Source: an uncultured delta proteobacterium (lineage in GTDB: Bacteria > Desulfobacterota > WTBG01 > CAIYCZ01 > CAIRTM01). Taken from it: a stretch of 64,000 nucleotides of DNA. Each line of letters begins with the position of its first letter. Positions within the stretch are counted from its first letter, which is position 1. A program made the translations under genes and the position numbers. Under the pieces are notes generated by a model. The model had not been told where the DNA came from, did no database searches, and saw only the letters and a list, made by a program, of their open reading frames with translations. Where the stretch lies: NCBI GenBank assembly GCA_963804955.1, contig CAWDSQ010000008.1:96001-160000 (forward strand), given 5' to 3'. Below, in pieces: positions 45,844 to 57,923 of this stretch.

Positions 45844-46650
45844 CTACTCATCCCCCACGATCACGCCCCGGCCCACATGCATGACAAGGGGCCTCTTGGC
45901 GCTTTTCACGAAAGAGATGAATTCTGCCGCCTCCGGAGAGATGAATCCTGCCGCATCAAGGGCCTCGATAGCCTTTTTTTTACCATAGCCAGAGAGATAC
46001 AGGATTTTGTAGGCTTCTTTGATTTCGCGTATGGTCTCTCGTGAAAGCCCGGCCCGCCGCAGGCCCACAAGGTTGAGCCCTTCCACGCGGTTTCGTTCCA
46101 GCGCCACGAGAAACGGCGGTATGTCGCGGCTGAAGCGGCCGTTGCCGCTGAGCATGGCAAACCGTCCCACGGTCACAAACTGATGCACCATGACGCCGCC
46201 GGAAACAAATGCCCGGTCTGCCACGCTTACATGGCCGGCAAGGCAGGCATAATTGGCGATGATCACATTGCTGCCGACGGTGACATTATGGGCAAGATGA
46301 CTGCCGCCCATGAGGAAATTGCTGTTTCCCATACTGGTTTTGCTGTCGGGCTTGGTGCCGCGGTGAATGGTCACATATTCGCGAATGACATTATTGTCGC
46401 CGATTTCGACATAGCTGACCGTATCTTTGCTGAAGCCAAGGTCCTGCGGCTCGTGGCCGATGACCGCGCCCATATGTATTTCATTGTTGCAGCCGATGGT
46501 GGTATAGCCGGTCAGATAGGCATTGGCATAAATCTTCGTGCCGCTGCCGATGGTGACATGTTCGTCGATAATAACATTGGGCCCGATTTCAACACCGGCA
46601 GCAATCTGCGCCCCGGGGCTCACCATGGCGGTTGGGTGAATTGTGCTCAT
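45844..46650 (-). CDS. lpxA: Acyl-ACP--UDP-N-acetylglucosamine O-acyltransferase
   Basis: IHPTA, GHEPQDL, IREYVTIHRGT, HLAHN, GLNLVGLRR. Confidence 0.88.
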   Translation of the reverse strand: MSTIHPTAMVSPGAQIAAGVEIGPNVIIDEHVTIGSGTKIYANAYLTGYTTIGCNNEIHMGAVIGHEPQDLGFSKDTVSYVEIGDNNVIREYVTIHRGTKPDSKTSMGNSNFLMGGSHLAHNVTVGSNVIIANYACLAGHVSVADRAFVSGGVMVHQFVTVGRFAMLSGNGRFSRDIPPFLVALERNRVEGLNLVGLRRAGLSRETIREIKEAYKILYLSGYGKKKAIEALDAAGFISPEAAEFISFVKSAKRPLVMHVGRGVIVGDE

Positions 46651-46736
46651 CGAAAAACTCCTTGATGCAGTATAAGGTTGGCAAGCACTTTAGTCAGTTT
46701 GCCCCCTGTTTGCAAGCAAAAGCTTATGTAGCTGCG

Positions 46737-46807
46737 CAGGGATCAGGGTTCGGGGGGCAGGGTTCAGGAACAGTATACCCGATCCCAATCCTGATCCCTG
46801 AACCCTG
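46737..46807. repeat. Inverted heptamer-repeat hairpin (CAGGGTT / AACCCTG)
   Basis: CAGGGATCAGGGTTCGGGGGGCAGGGTTCAGG ... CCTGATCCCTGAACCCTG. Confidence 0.65.
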
Positions 46808-46809
46808 TC

Positions 46810-47622
46810 TTACTCCACCAGCGGTTCTGCATAGCAGTACAGGCAGCCATTGGGGCATTTCTGGCTGTACCAGCCGATATCAATGCTTTCGGTGCAGCCG
46901 CACAGCTTGCGCTGCCCCTTTGCCCGCTGTGTCGAACAGATTTTTCCATCCGGGTGCAGCCGGCTTAAAAGCTCCCCGTCGATGCAGCTTGAGCGGGGGC
47001 AGCCTTCAACCGAGCAGTAGTGCAGGCTCATGCCCAGGCCGGCAGCGGTCTGCTCAAGCAGCTGAACGTGTTCTTTTCGCTCCTGAGCAGTGTAGGGTTA
47101 AGGCGAACTCCTTTCTTCTCCAGACGCCGCAGCACCTTGCGGTATGGCTCAACCCAGCTTGTGCGGCAGGTGCTGACTCCTGCTGCGGCCATGCTGCGGG
47201 CAAGAGCATCAAACATCTCAATATTGCTTATAGGGCTGCCATGGGCCATGCAGCGCACGTATGGGGTCAAAGCGCCAGCAAATCCGCTCGGGGCCTTTAA
47301 CCAAAGCTATGAGGGCGGGCACCATCTGCCGCAGCGTTTCCCATGGTGGGATATGGGGTTCAAGCACCGTGCCGCCCAGGCCCGTAATGGTCAGATGCAC
47401 ATACAGCTGGCGGTAGCGCTCAAGGGTGTCGCGCAGCGCGCCGGGGGCGATCATGTTCTGCGGATTTTTTGTCCAGATAACAAGGCTATGCACCTGTTCG
47501 GGCGGATAGTCGCGAAGCTTTTCAATGAGAAACTCGGGATAGCAGGCAACCAGATCCGTGCGCCGGCTTGCCGACAGAACGATATGCTGCTGCTCGGGGG
47601 GAAATAAGGTTGGCTGCGTCAT
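46810..47622 (-). CDS. DUF1848-family (radical-SAM-like) protein (frameshifted)
   Basis: SASRRTD, WTKNP, TITG, WRFDPI, SCID, QRKLCGC..DIG..CPNGCLYCYA. Confidence 0.8.
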
Positions 47623-47648
47623 TTTGCCACTGTGCATGCAGGCCGCGG

Positions 47649-48305
47649 TCAGGACTGCGGGCCCGTTTTTCTGTATGCCGCCCGGTAAATCGGCAGGCCG
47701 TGCATGAAGAACCTTCGCTCATAGTGTGTAGCCGCAGATTCAGGATCGACGCCGGCGGGATCTATGGTGCGGCAGTAGAGCTCTTCAAGCCCTGCACAGC
47801 CCCTGCCGGTCTTGAGCATGATCTCGAAATACCGGGCAAAATCCGTGGCAAGATGAATGCAACCGCCCGGAACCAGCCTGCTGCGCAGCAGTTCAAAAAA
47901 CTCCGGATTAACAATGCGTCGCCTGCGATGTTTTGTTTTGGGCCAGGGATCGGGAAAATAAATATGAAATGCCTGCACCGACTCGGGCGGAACATATCCC
48001 CATATAAAATAGTCGGCTTCAGCCCGCAGCAGGCGCACATTGCCGACCCGCGCCTGTTCCACCCGCTCTTTCATGAAGTGAAAAAATTTATTGGCCCTCT
48101 CAATGCCGAGATAGTTGATATGCGGGTTCTCCTGTGCGCTTTTGATGATAAAGCGGCCACGGCCTGACCCTATTTCAATCTCTATGGGATTGCTGTTGCT
48201 GAACATGCCGCTGAAGCTCAGCCCGTCGTCAAACTGACGAATGCCTATTTCTACATCACGGGCAGCAGGAGCATCCTGCTGCGGCTCAGCACCAGGAGAT
48301 ATCAT
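47649..48305 (-). CDS. trmB: tRNA (guanine-N7)-methyltransferase
   Basis: EIGSGRG, FPDPWPKTKHRRRR, LATD, THYERRF. Confidence 0.92.
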   Translation of the reverse strand: MISPGAEPQQDAPAARDVEIGIRQFDDGLSFSGMFSNSNPIEIEIGSGRGRFIIKSAQENPHINYLGIERANKFFHFMKERVEQARVGNVRLLRAEADYFIWGYVPPESVQAFHIYFPDPWPKTKHRRRRIVNPEFFELLRSRLVPGGCIHLATDFARYFEIMLKTGRGCAGLEELYCRTIDPAGVDPESAATHYERRFFMHGLPIYRAAYRKTGPQS

Positions 48306-49331
48306 TTCTGCCGCCGCCTTTTACCTTGTACATGCGATCATCAGCCAGATGCAGAATCTGCTGATTCGTGTCGCCGTCATCGGGAAATGTGGCAATGCCG
48401 AAGCTTGCCGTAAGATGAATGGCAAGGCCCTTCTGCTGCAAGAAACACAGTGCTGTTGAGCTTGCTCTGCAGCTCACGGCAGAAGGCCAGGGCCTCCTGC
48501 TTTCCGGTATCGCGCAGAATGATGACAAACTCATCACCCCCGTAGCGGGCGCCGAAATGATTTTCACCGAGCATACCGGCGATAATAGCGCCCATTTCTC
48601 CTAAAAGGCTGCTTCCGCACAGATGCCCGTGCGTATCATTGACCAGCTTGAAAAAATCAAGGTCGAAAAAAATCAGTGAGCACTTGCCCCCCAGTTCCAG
48701 AGCGCGGTCGATTTCCTCCTGCAAGAATGATATGCAGATGACGGGAATTATACAGCCCCGTGATGTCGTCGGTAATGGTAAGCTTGCTCACCTGCTCAAA
48801 GTTGCGGGCATTTTCAAGGGCGATTGCGGCAAAGTCCGCAACCGTGACGAGCATTTCTATGTCGAAGTCGTGTATCGACGCCACATCATTTCTGTTCACA
48901 AACTCGATCACCCCAAGCACTTTATCGCGGATCTTCAGCGGTATGCAGATGATGGACTCGGTTGAAAATGCGGCTGCATCATCAACCTTGCGGGTAAACC
49001 GGGGCTCCTTGTCAACGCTGGGAACCAGCAGCGGCCGGCCGGTCTTGGCAACCCAGCCGGCAATGCCCTCCCCGATCTTCAGGCGCGTATCTTTTATTTT
49101 CTCAGCCTGGCCTGTTGCGCTGACCACGATCTCGAAATACAGCTCCTGCCGCTCATGATCCACCAGCAGCAGCGACCAGTTCTCCGGGCTGAACAGTTCG
49201 GCCACCTTGTAAAATATCTGCTGCACCACCTCTTTCACGGTCAGGGATGAGGTGAGTGTTTTGCCGATTTCATGAATGATCGTTATGCGCCGCTTGATCT
49301 TCTCAAAACTGGCCAGTTGCGCCTGCGTCAT
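48286..49331 (-). CDS. GAF-GGDEF diguanylate cyclase (frameshifted)
   Basis: GAF (GEGIAGWV..IPLK..GVIE), DDITGLYN, DLDFFKLVNDTHGH, RYGGDEF. Confidence 0.88.
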
Positions 49332-49344
49332 GGTTTCCCCTTTT

Positions 49345-50056
49345 TTAAGTATATGAGCGATCCCCGAAGAGCAGCGTGCCCACCCGCACAAGGGTGGCGC
49401 CTTCCTCAATGGCCGCTTCAAAGTCGGCTGACATGCCCATGGAAAGCTCGGGCAGCCCGCCGCATCCGGGCAGCTGCCGCACAATATCATCCCGCAGCCT
49501 TCGCAGGGCACTGAAATAAGGCCTGGACAGCTCGGGGTCATCTGATAGCGGCGGCATGGTCATAAGGCCCTGCACGCGCAGATGCTGCAGGCTCGCAGCT
49601 GCTGCAATCAGCCCGGGCACATTATCCGGCCCGCTGCCGCTTTTGCTCTGCTCGCCTGAAACATTCACCTGCACCAAAACCTGCAGCACACGGCCTCTTT
49701 TTTCGGCCTCGCGATCCAGGGCCTGCGCCAGCGGCAGGCTGTCAAGGCTGTGGACCATATCAAAAAGCGCGGCTGCATATTTTGCCTTATTTGTCTGCAG
49801 ATGGCCGATATAATGCCATGAAATTCCGCTGATTGTCTATAATGGGAATTTTTTCCCGCGCCTCCTGAATATAATTCTCACCAAGCAGAGTAACTCCGCA
49901 GGCCAGGGCCTGCCTGATCCTCTCCGGCTCCACGGTCTTGGAAACCGCAACGAGCCTGACGCCTGCAGGGTCGCGGCCGCAGCGGGCACAGGCCCGCAGC
50001 ATGCGCTCCTGAATGCCTGCCAGCCGTTCGGCAATATCCGGCAATTGATTCGTCAT
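49345..50056 (-). CDS. yggS: PLP homeostasis protein YggS (frameshifted)
   Basis: LVAVSKT, GENYIQE, QVNVSGEQSKSG, GLMTMPP, LSMGMSADF, VRVGTLLFG. Confidence 0.92.
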
Positions 50057-51226
50057 TGGATTTCCCCCTCAGCTGCGGCCGGCGCCTCATCAGGAAGGAA
50101 ACGGCCGGGTGCAAAGTCGAGCCTGTTGACAAGAAACAGATCGGCAAGGCTCAGCACGCCCGCAACGATCATGGCGGTGCGGGGCCCCAGCCCCTGCATG
50201 ATGGCCCCGCTGGCAAGCGCTCCGGCAAAGGTGCCGAGCACCGCTACCTGGGCAATGAAGCCCGAGCCGCCGCCCACGCGGGAGCGGCTGAACATATTTG
50301 AGGTCATGACATAGGAAAAAACCATGAAAGAGGCATCTCCCAGTTCATGAATGATGCGGAACAGCCAGGCCTGAGCCTGGGTCTGTGATAATGCCAGCAG
50401 TATATGCCCGCCCGCAGACAAGCCCAGGCCAGCTATGATGAGGCGTCGCAGCGATGCCGTGCCCCGGTCAAGCAGCCTGCCGTAGATAAGGCAGGAAAGG
50501 GCCAGAGCGATCACGGTCAGGCCGATAAAGACGCCGATGCCGGCCTGGGAAAAGCCGAGCGACTCTTTCAAAAACAGCACATACACGGTTTTTTCCGCTC
50601 CCCAGTGATAGGTATACAGAAATGTCACCAGGGCGAACATAACAACGTCGCGCCGGAATATTTCTTTTTTGTACACCGCGGGCTCGAAAATCTGGGCAAG
50701 GGTGCCCGGCAGCAGCAGCCCCAGCGGTACGATCAGAAAAAACAGAACGCCGCAGACGCGGAAGACCGCCGGAAAGCTCAGCCACCCCAGCAGCAGCCCC
50801 CCGAGCAGCGCGCCTGCTGCGATGCCCATATGCTCGGCAAAAGCTATGGTCGAGAATCGCCTGCCCTTGCCATCTATCTCCCGCGGTTTTATAGAAAAGC
50901 GACCGCATGGAAATCTGCCCCAGATTGTACCACGTGCCGTAGCACATGATCAAAAGCAGCAGCACGGCAAAAGACGTGCTGAACGACAGGGCAAAATAGG
51001 TGAAGCCCAGCGCGCCAAATGAGCTTGCCACAAGCATGCGCGAGGGGAACATATCGTTTGAAACGCCCATGGGCAGCGTGGTCAGCAGCGTCATGAGCGA
51101 ATCAATGCCCATGAGCAGCCCTATCTGCCAGCCTGAAAAACCCAGGTCTTTCAGATACACCGGAAAAAAGAACAGCGTCGTGAAGATGATCAGCCGCACG
51201 ATAAAGAAGAGATATCCCGTGAGCAT
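50053..51226 (-). CDS. MFS transporter (frameshifted)
   Basis: About 12 hydrophobic segments over ORFs 50468-51226 and 50053-50829; YGRLLDR loop motif. Confidence 0.8.
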
Positions 51227-51637
51227 GAGCTTACCCTTCTCTGCCGGGGCCGCGCCGGTCTGTGCGTGTTTGAGCGTCCGCCATCTGTTATATACCTGCC
51301 TGTTTCCGAGCTGCGTTCAAAAATTGCGTTGAAAAACCCGTCTTTTATAACGTGTCCAACCTGCCTTGACAATAAAAAACCGGCGGAATAACAGGCCCAA
51401 ATTGCCACAGCACGGCTGCTCTTTAACTTACATATTCTAATTTAGTAATCATCTAAAATCATAAAGATAAATCAATTGCACAATAATCTGTTGCAGGCTA
51501 TGATTTCGGCGTTATTCAGCATGAAATATTTGATTCGAAGCGGAAGAGAAAGTGAAGGGCGCGGGCTCTTTACACCTCAGAGAGCTTATTCAGGGCTCAT
51601 TTTAGACGAGCCTATAGCTTGATACTGCTCTCCGAGA

Positions 51638-53390
51638 TTACTCCAGCACTGCCGAGCGCAGGCGGTCATAGGCTGTCATGAGCGACAGGGCCATGGTAGC
51701 GGGGCTTTCGATGCGGTACAGGGTGCCCCCGGCGGAGGAGGTTATGCGGCGCGCCATATCATCGGCATAGTCCCGCCAGAGATGCCGCTCATCCATGAAC
51801 TGGTAAAAGCTGAAAAGAATATGTTCCTGCCGCAGCAGGCGCGCCTGCTGCAAAGCCCGGTCGATATACTCCTGATTATTTTCCATGAACCGGTAAAACC
51901 CTGCCTGGTCGCCGCGAGCCGGCAGGCCGTCGCCCAAGAGTATCACTACGGGCACGCGGTCGGCATCTTTGCGCAGAATGTCGCGGCAGCTGGCAAGACA
52001 GCCGCCGATATCCTTGCCTGCGCCATTGACAGCGCGCAGACGCCCGACATCGGCAAAGGGAACAATGCGGGCGGACTCATGATAGGCGACAAAGCGCACC
52101 CGGTCGGCAGGATGGAAACGGCGGAGATAGTAGGCAAAAGCCATGCAAGCTCTGCGAACGCCCTGTATTCGTTTGCCGAACTGAACAGCGCCGGACACGT
52201 CGAGGGCCAGAACCACCGAACAGCCAACCCTGGCGCGCGTTGCATATTCCATAAGATCATCCTCATCAAGCAGCGGCGCATACGGGCTTAAGGCGCGCCG
52301 CCGCAGGCTGCGGCGCAGCGTGTGCAGCACGGCGATGCGTGAGCTCAGGCGGCGTGCCGGCTGTACGCGGTCGGGCAGTACGGTCTGCACGCCCCGGCTG
52401 CCGCTTGCATGGGTGCCGCGCTGCAGGGGTCGCCTGCGGGGCATAAGCCGCTCAAGGGCAAGGTATGCCTTTTTTGCCAGCAGCCATGCCGCGGCGTCGC
52501 GGTTCACGAGATAGGTGTCTTCAAACAGCGGGCTCACCAGGGGCAGCTGCAGCAGCTGATCCACTGCCGCTGCAAGGTCCTGAGGGTTAAGGGTCTGTTC
52601 GGTATGCCGGGCTGCCTTGCGCTCGCAGCGGTGATGGTCGGCAAGAATCTGTTTGACTGCTCCAAGCAGCCCGCTGAGCTGTTCACGGGGCCCCGCAGCT
52701 TCTACCTGCCGCAGATCACCGGGGTCGTCTTCCTGATGGTCGATGCCGTTGAAGAGCTCTTCATCAGGAGGCTGTGCAGCGCTTCGGGGGAAATTATCTC
52801 CGGGCTCAAAGAGTCCGTCGCGGGCCTCTGGAGCAAAACCGCCGGGGCTGCCATCCTGCCTGCTGCCGCCGGGTATGCCGTCATGCTCGGCAGCAATTTC
52901 ATCGCCCTGTTCACCGCCGCTGCCGGTTTCCTGCCCCAGGCCCGCTGCCTTCTGCGCCGAGTTCCTTCTCCAGCCGGGAGACAAAACTTTCAAGCTCGTT
53001 TACTGTTGCGACCTGTTCTGCTTCGGCGGCAAGAGCGCTTGCAGCACCTGCTGCCGCAGCAAGCTGGCGGGCAGCATCGGCAAAGGCAGAGCTGCTGCCG
53101 GAGGCTGCGTCGCTTTCCCCTGAAGGCTCAGCCTGCCCGGTATCTGTTCCACTCTCTGACGGGCCGGACAGAGCTTTTTGAAGCTCCCTGGCTGCCTGCT
53201 CCTCAAGCTGCCGGCCTGCCTGCGGTGAGGGCAGCCCTTTCAGCGCCTCCTGCACAGCCTGTTCGAGCTCATCCCGCGAGATTTCCTGCCGGTCCTGCAT
53301 GTCCCGGGCAAGGGAAAAAAGCTCGCTGTTTGACATGGGCCGCGGCTTTTCCCGCCAGCACCATGCCTGCAGATCAGCCCCTGCAGTCAC
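51638..53390 (-). CDS. VWA-domain protein with low-complexity acidic linker (frameshifted)
   Basis: LALDVSG MIDAS-like motif, VILLGDGLP; overlaps the stop of the upstream ATPase gene. Confidence 0.7.
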
Positions 53391-54757
53391 AGCCTGCGCT
53401 CCCTTTTTCATATGCCGCCAGATATTCAGCCATAATTGCGGCAAAGCCGGTCCGGCCGGCAGGCTCATGCGCCCGGCACCAGGCTGCAAAAGCATCAACT
53501 GCAGCAGATTCGGGCAGGCTGCGCAGACCTGCCGCGCACCAGACTGCACCAGGCCCGTGAGTCTGGCGAAAAATAGTCACGATTTCAGCAAGGTCGATGC
53601 CGGCCAGATGGCGCTTGAGGTAGGCGCCGATATCGGGAAAGACGCCGTCGATGCGGCTCTCCACATCCGCCTTGTCTTCAAAAAATGCCTTGCCGAGAAT
53701 CGCGGTATAGATGCCTTCTTTTGTGTCGCAAAAAGATGCCACCCGCCGGCCTTCGAGCATGGCCGAACTGCGGGCTATGAGAGCGGCATTGATGCTTGCC
53801 CTGGGCCCGAGCTCCAGGCGATCATCAGCGCGCAAGGCGCGCACGGTCTCCACCATCAGGCGCAAAAACAGCTGCGGGATATAGACCTGCGGCTTGAGCT
53901 TTGCCGCCTCCTTGGCCGCAATGCGCATTTCGTCCTCAAGCCCGACAAGGGGGATGCTGATGCTTACCAGACGGTCGCGCACAGCGCCGCACAGGTATTC
54001 TTCATCGCGAGGGTTGGTGGTTGCCACCAGCAGAAAATCGACCGGAAAAGTCCGCCTGCTTTTTGACGGCGTGACAATACCTTCCTGCCCGGCCTGAAGA
54101 AGGGCATGCTGCGCCGTCTCCGGCAGCTTGCCGATTTCGTCAACAAACAGGAGCCCCCGGTTGGCCTGGCCGATTTTGCCCGGCTCGAACACGCGGGGAT
54201 CGAAGGGGTCGCCGATCTGGGCGAGCTTTAAGAGGTTGTAGGTCCCGACAATTTCCTCCGGCAGCACATCGCCGCCGCCCTGCACGCGGGCAAAGCCCCT
54301 GCCCTCCTCAAGCCGGCTGAGTCGCGCCAGGGCTATCTGCGAACAATCATCCGGTGCAGTATCAAGCATATGTGCTGCAGATCGGGCAGGGCGCGGTCTG
54401 GCAACCGGTTTTTTTACCCGCCCTGTGCGCTGCGAGTATGGCCGGGTCTTCCTGTATGGGGCAGCGCTCAACGGCAAAAAGCGGCGATGCTGCGCAGGCT
54501 TCGTTGAGCAGGGTAAGCACATGCTTGGCCAGATCCGTTTTGGCCACACCGTACCGGCCCGTGAGGATAACGCCCCTGCCTGTGGCCAGCACTTCAACAA
54601 TGCGCCGTTTTTCAAAGGACAGGCCGAAGATGTCGGGAAACAGGTCATGACCGGCGCGCAGCTTGCGGCGCACCACAGCTGCAAGCAGGTCGCGCACCGG
54701 CACGAAGCGGTGCTCTGCAGCTGAAAACTGCTCAAGGGTTGCAGGGTGTTTTTCCAT
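53374..54757 (-). CDS. AAA+ ATPase, Mg-chelatase subunit I / MoxR-like (frameshifted)
   Basis: Walker A GRYGVAKT, FEPGKIGQANRGLLFVDEIGKL, ATTNP, LGPRAS. Confidence 0.8.
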
Positions 54758-55006
54758 GGGCTTCCTTTCATGCAGGCAATGGGCAACAGTACTCTTTCTT
54801 ATATAGCCATCTGCCTGCACGGCGTCAACCGGCCCGGCTGTATTCTTTATCTGTGTACCGGCAAGAAGGCCCCCTTATAATGATTCTTTTTTTGTGCTAT
54901 CTTTTAAAAGCTTTCAGGAAAAAGCAGCTTCCGGCAAAACAGCAGCCCCGGTTCGCAATTTTTGAGCAAGATCGTATAATCATGTATGACGCAATAAGGA
55001 GGGAGT

Positions 55007-55455
55007 ATGAAAAAAGTTCTGATTGCCTATATCAGCCGGGCAGGCCATACGAAGCAGATGGCCGACTATATCGCAGAAGGCGTGCGCATGACAGGGTGTG
55101 AAGCCGAGCTGAAAACAGCCGCCGCAATTAAAACAGAGAAGGATCTTGCCGGGTACGACGGCTGTATTTTCGGCTCGCCCGACCTATCACCGCACCATGC
55201 CGCCTATCATGGAGTCATTTCTCTTTATCGCTCAGCTGGCCGGGCTTGCGGGCAAGCCCGGGGGCGCATTCGGACTCATACACGCACAGCGGTGATGCAC
55301 CGCTGCATATTTTCGACACCATGGATCATGTGTTTAAAATGGCCATGACCAGCCTTGGGCCGTTCAAGCTGCTGGAGCATCTTGTTGATACGCCGGATGG
55401 CATGCGGGCCTGCCAGAGCTACGGCAGGGCCGTGGCGCAGATGCTGGCTGATTAA
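55007..55455 (+). CDS. Flavodoxin-domain protein (frameshifted)
   Basis: YISRAGHTKQMA FMN loop, FGSP, GAFxSY. Confidence 0.8.
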
Positions 55456-55482
55456 GCGTTCTGAACGGAAAGTCGTTTTATT

Positions 55483-55632
55483 GCAGGTTGGGTTAAGCCC
55501 GCAAAAAACAGTTGGGTTTCGTACCTCAACCGAACCAAAACTGCCGAAAGGTTGAGTCCGTTCGTGGTGAGCTAGTCGAACCATGAACGGGCAAAAATCT
55601 CCGCAACCTTCGACAGCCTCAGGGTGAACGGA
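55483..55632. repeat. Two adjacent REP-like palindromic elements
   Basis: GCAGGTTGGGTT..GTTGGGTTTCGTACCTCAACCGAACC, then CCGTTCGTGGTGAGCTAGTCGAACCATGAACGG..CTTCGACAGCCTCAGGGTGAACGG. Confidence 0.7.
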
Positions 55633-55729
55633 TAGGGCTTTCATTTTCGAAAAAATTTTTATTTTTTTATAAAGACAACAGCTGGAAAAATGTTCTAAAC
55701 CACACGTCGGTTCACGGAAAGAAAAAAGC

Positions 55730-56415
55730 ATGAAAAAATTTTTCAGCCATACCATGGTCCTCACGGTGCTGTGCGCCGCCGCCTGCAGCAGCGCACAGGC
55801 CGCCGCGCAGACAGTGCAGATAAGCCGGCTCGCTGTGATGCCGTTTGCTGAAGGTCTGCCTTCACCTGCAAGCGCACAAGGCATGAGCCTGCTTGACTGC
55901 CAAGAAGCGGAGTTGACAGCACAGGGGCAGGCAGCGAGCCCTTCATGCCGCAGGCGGTTGTGACGGGCTGCCTGCAGCAGGCCCTTGAAAAAGAGCTGCC
56001 CGGCCGCGTGGTGCCGCAGAATGAGACTGCAGGGGCTGAAGAGCTGCTTGCGTATATGAAAAAAACCGCAACGCTCAAGGCCCATGCCCTCAAGCTTGGC
56101 GCACAGGTGCAGGCAAGCCATGTCTTGCCGGCACGGTGCAGCGGTACCGGCAGCGCAAAGGCACGGCCTACGGCGCAGACATGCCCGCATCGGTGGCATT
56201 TTCGGTGTATCTGCTGGATGTTGCAGCCGGAGAGATTGTCTGGAGCGCGTGCATTTGATAAAACCCAGCAGTCGCTTTCGGAAAACCTGCTTGATGCGCC
56301 GGCATTTTTCAAACACGGGGCCAAATGGCTCACCGCAGAAGAGCTGACACGCGGCGGGGCGGAAACGATGGCAGAAAAGCTGAAAGGCGCCTTAACCGGC
56401 GCAGGCGGGAAATAA
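55730..56415 (+). CDS. Exported hypothetical protein (frameshifted)
   Basis: Signal peptide MKKFF.., RLAVMPF, FDKTQQSLSENL..KWLTAEEL. Confidence 0.5.
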
Positions 56416-56451
56416 GGTCTGCCGGGCCTGCACACCATCAGTATAAAAAAC

Positions 56452-56481
56452 AAAGGCCGCACAAATGTTTGTGCGGCCTTT
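56452..56481. terminator. Bidirectional intrinsic terminator
   Basis: AAAGGCCGCACAAA-TG-TTTGTGCGGCCTTT with A- and T-runs on both sides, between convergent genes. Confidence 0.8.
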
Positions 56482-56514
56482 ACTTTTCTGTATTTATGAG
56501 CGATTGCGCGAAGG

Positions 56515-57914
56515 TTACCAGCCAAGTCTGCAGAAATTTGTCTATCGAGTCTGCGGCAAGGCGGCCCGCGCCCATGGCAAGAATAACGGTGGCAGCGCCC
56601 GTGACGATATCGCCGCCGGCCCATACCCGGGGCTTCAGGGTTTTGCCTGTTTCAGGATCGGCTATAATATAGCCCCACTTATTGGTCTTAAGGCCCGGCG
56701 TGGTGCTGGTGATGAGCGGATTGGCATTTGCGCCCACGGCGATGACCACCATATCCGTATCGATTATAAAGTTTGAATCCTTGACCGGAACCGGGCGCCT
56801 GCGGCCTGAATCATCAGGCTCGCCAAGCTCCATGCGCAGGCATTCAATGGCCTTTACCCTGCCTTTTTCATCGCCAATGAAACGCACGGGCGCGGTCAGC
56901 AGATGCAGCTCGATGCCCTCCTCTTCGCCGTGATGGATTTCCTCGGCCCGGGCCGGCATTTCCTCGCGCGAGCGGCGGTACACGATGCGCACCGTGTCTG
57001 CCCCGAGGCGCATGGCTGTGCGGGCCGCGTCCATGGCGACATTGCCCGCTCCCAGCACGACCACATTTTTGCCGCGCACGATGGGCGTGTCATACTGCGG
57101 GAACAGATAGGCTTTCATAAGGTTTGAGCGGGTCAGGTATTCGTTTGCCGAATAAATGCCGATGAGGTTTTCGCCGGGCACATTGAGAAAGCTCGGCAGC
57201 CCCGCGCCCACGGCGAGAAAGACCGCGTCATGCAGCTCCAGCAGCTCATCAACGGTTTCGGTTCTGCCGATGACGGCGTTCACCTCGAATTTCACCCCGA
57301 GCTGCGCAAGGTAATCGACTTCGGCCTGCACAATGGCCTTCGGCAGGCGGAATTCGGGGATGCCGTACACCAGCACGCCGCCTGCCTTGTGAAAGGCCTC
57401 ATACACCGTCACGTCATGGCCCTTGAGAATCAGGTCGCCGGCAACGGTAAGCCCTGCAGGACCTGCGCCTACAACACCCACGCTCTTGCCGGTCTTGGGC
57501 GGCAGCTGCGGCAAGTGCTGACTCGCCTTGAGCGCGGCCCCAGTCAGCGGCAAAGCGCTCAAGGCGGCCGACGGCCACGGCCTCACCGGTTTTGGCAAGC
57601 ACGCAGCGCTCTTCGCACTGGGTTTCCTGCGGGCAGACGCGGCCGCACACGGCAGGCAGGGCGGTTTTTTCTTTGAGCTTTGCAATGGCGGCGGCAAAAT
57701 CGCCGTCGCGCAGGGGGCGGATAAAGCCCGGTATATCGATTCCAACAGGGCAGCCCGCGACGCAGGCAGGATTTTTGCACTGTATGCAGCGGCTTGCTTC
57801 GAGCATGGCTGTGTCGGCAGCATAGCCCAGGGGCACTTCTTCAAAATTGCGGCGCCGCTTTTCAGGGGCCTGTTCGGGCATGGGCTGACGGGGAACTTTT
57901 TTCTTGTCTGTCAT
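56515..57914 (-). CDS. nfnB: NADH-dependent reduced ferredoxin:NADP+ oxidoreductase large subunit (NfnB/SudA, GltD-like; frameshifted)
   Basis: EASRCIQCKNPAC..GCP, CGRVCPQETQC, GAGPAG, GIPEFRLP, GAGNVAMD, GGDIVTGAATV. Confidence 0.88.
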
Positions 57915-57923
57915 GTGAACACC

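Noticed and set aside
52409..53560. Long opposite-strand ORFs (e.g. 52409-53560, 26630-27523, 55276-56316, 14627-15580)
   Set aside because: Antisense shadows of real genes in GC-rich DNA, without recognisable motifs.
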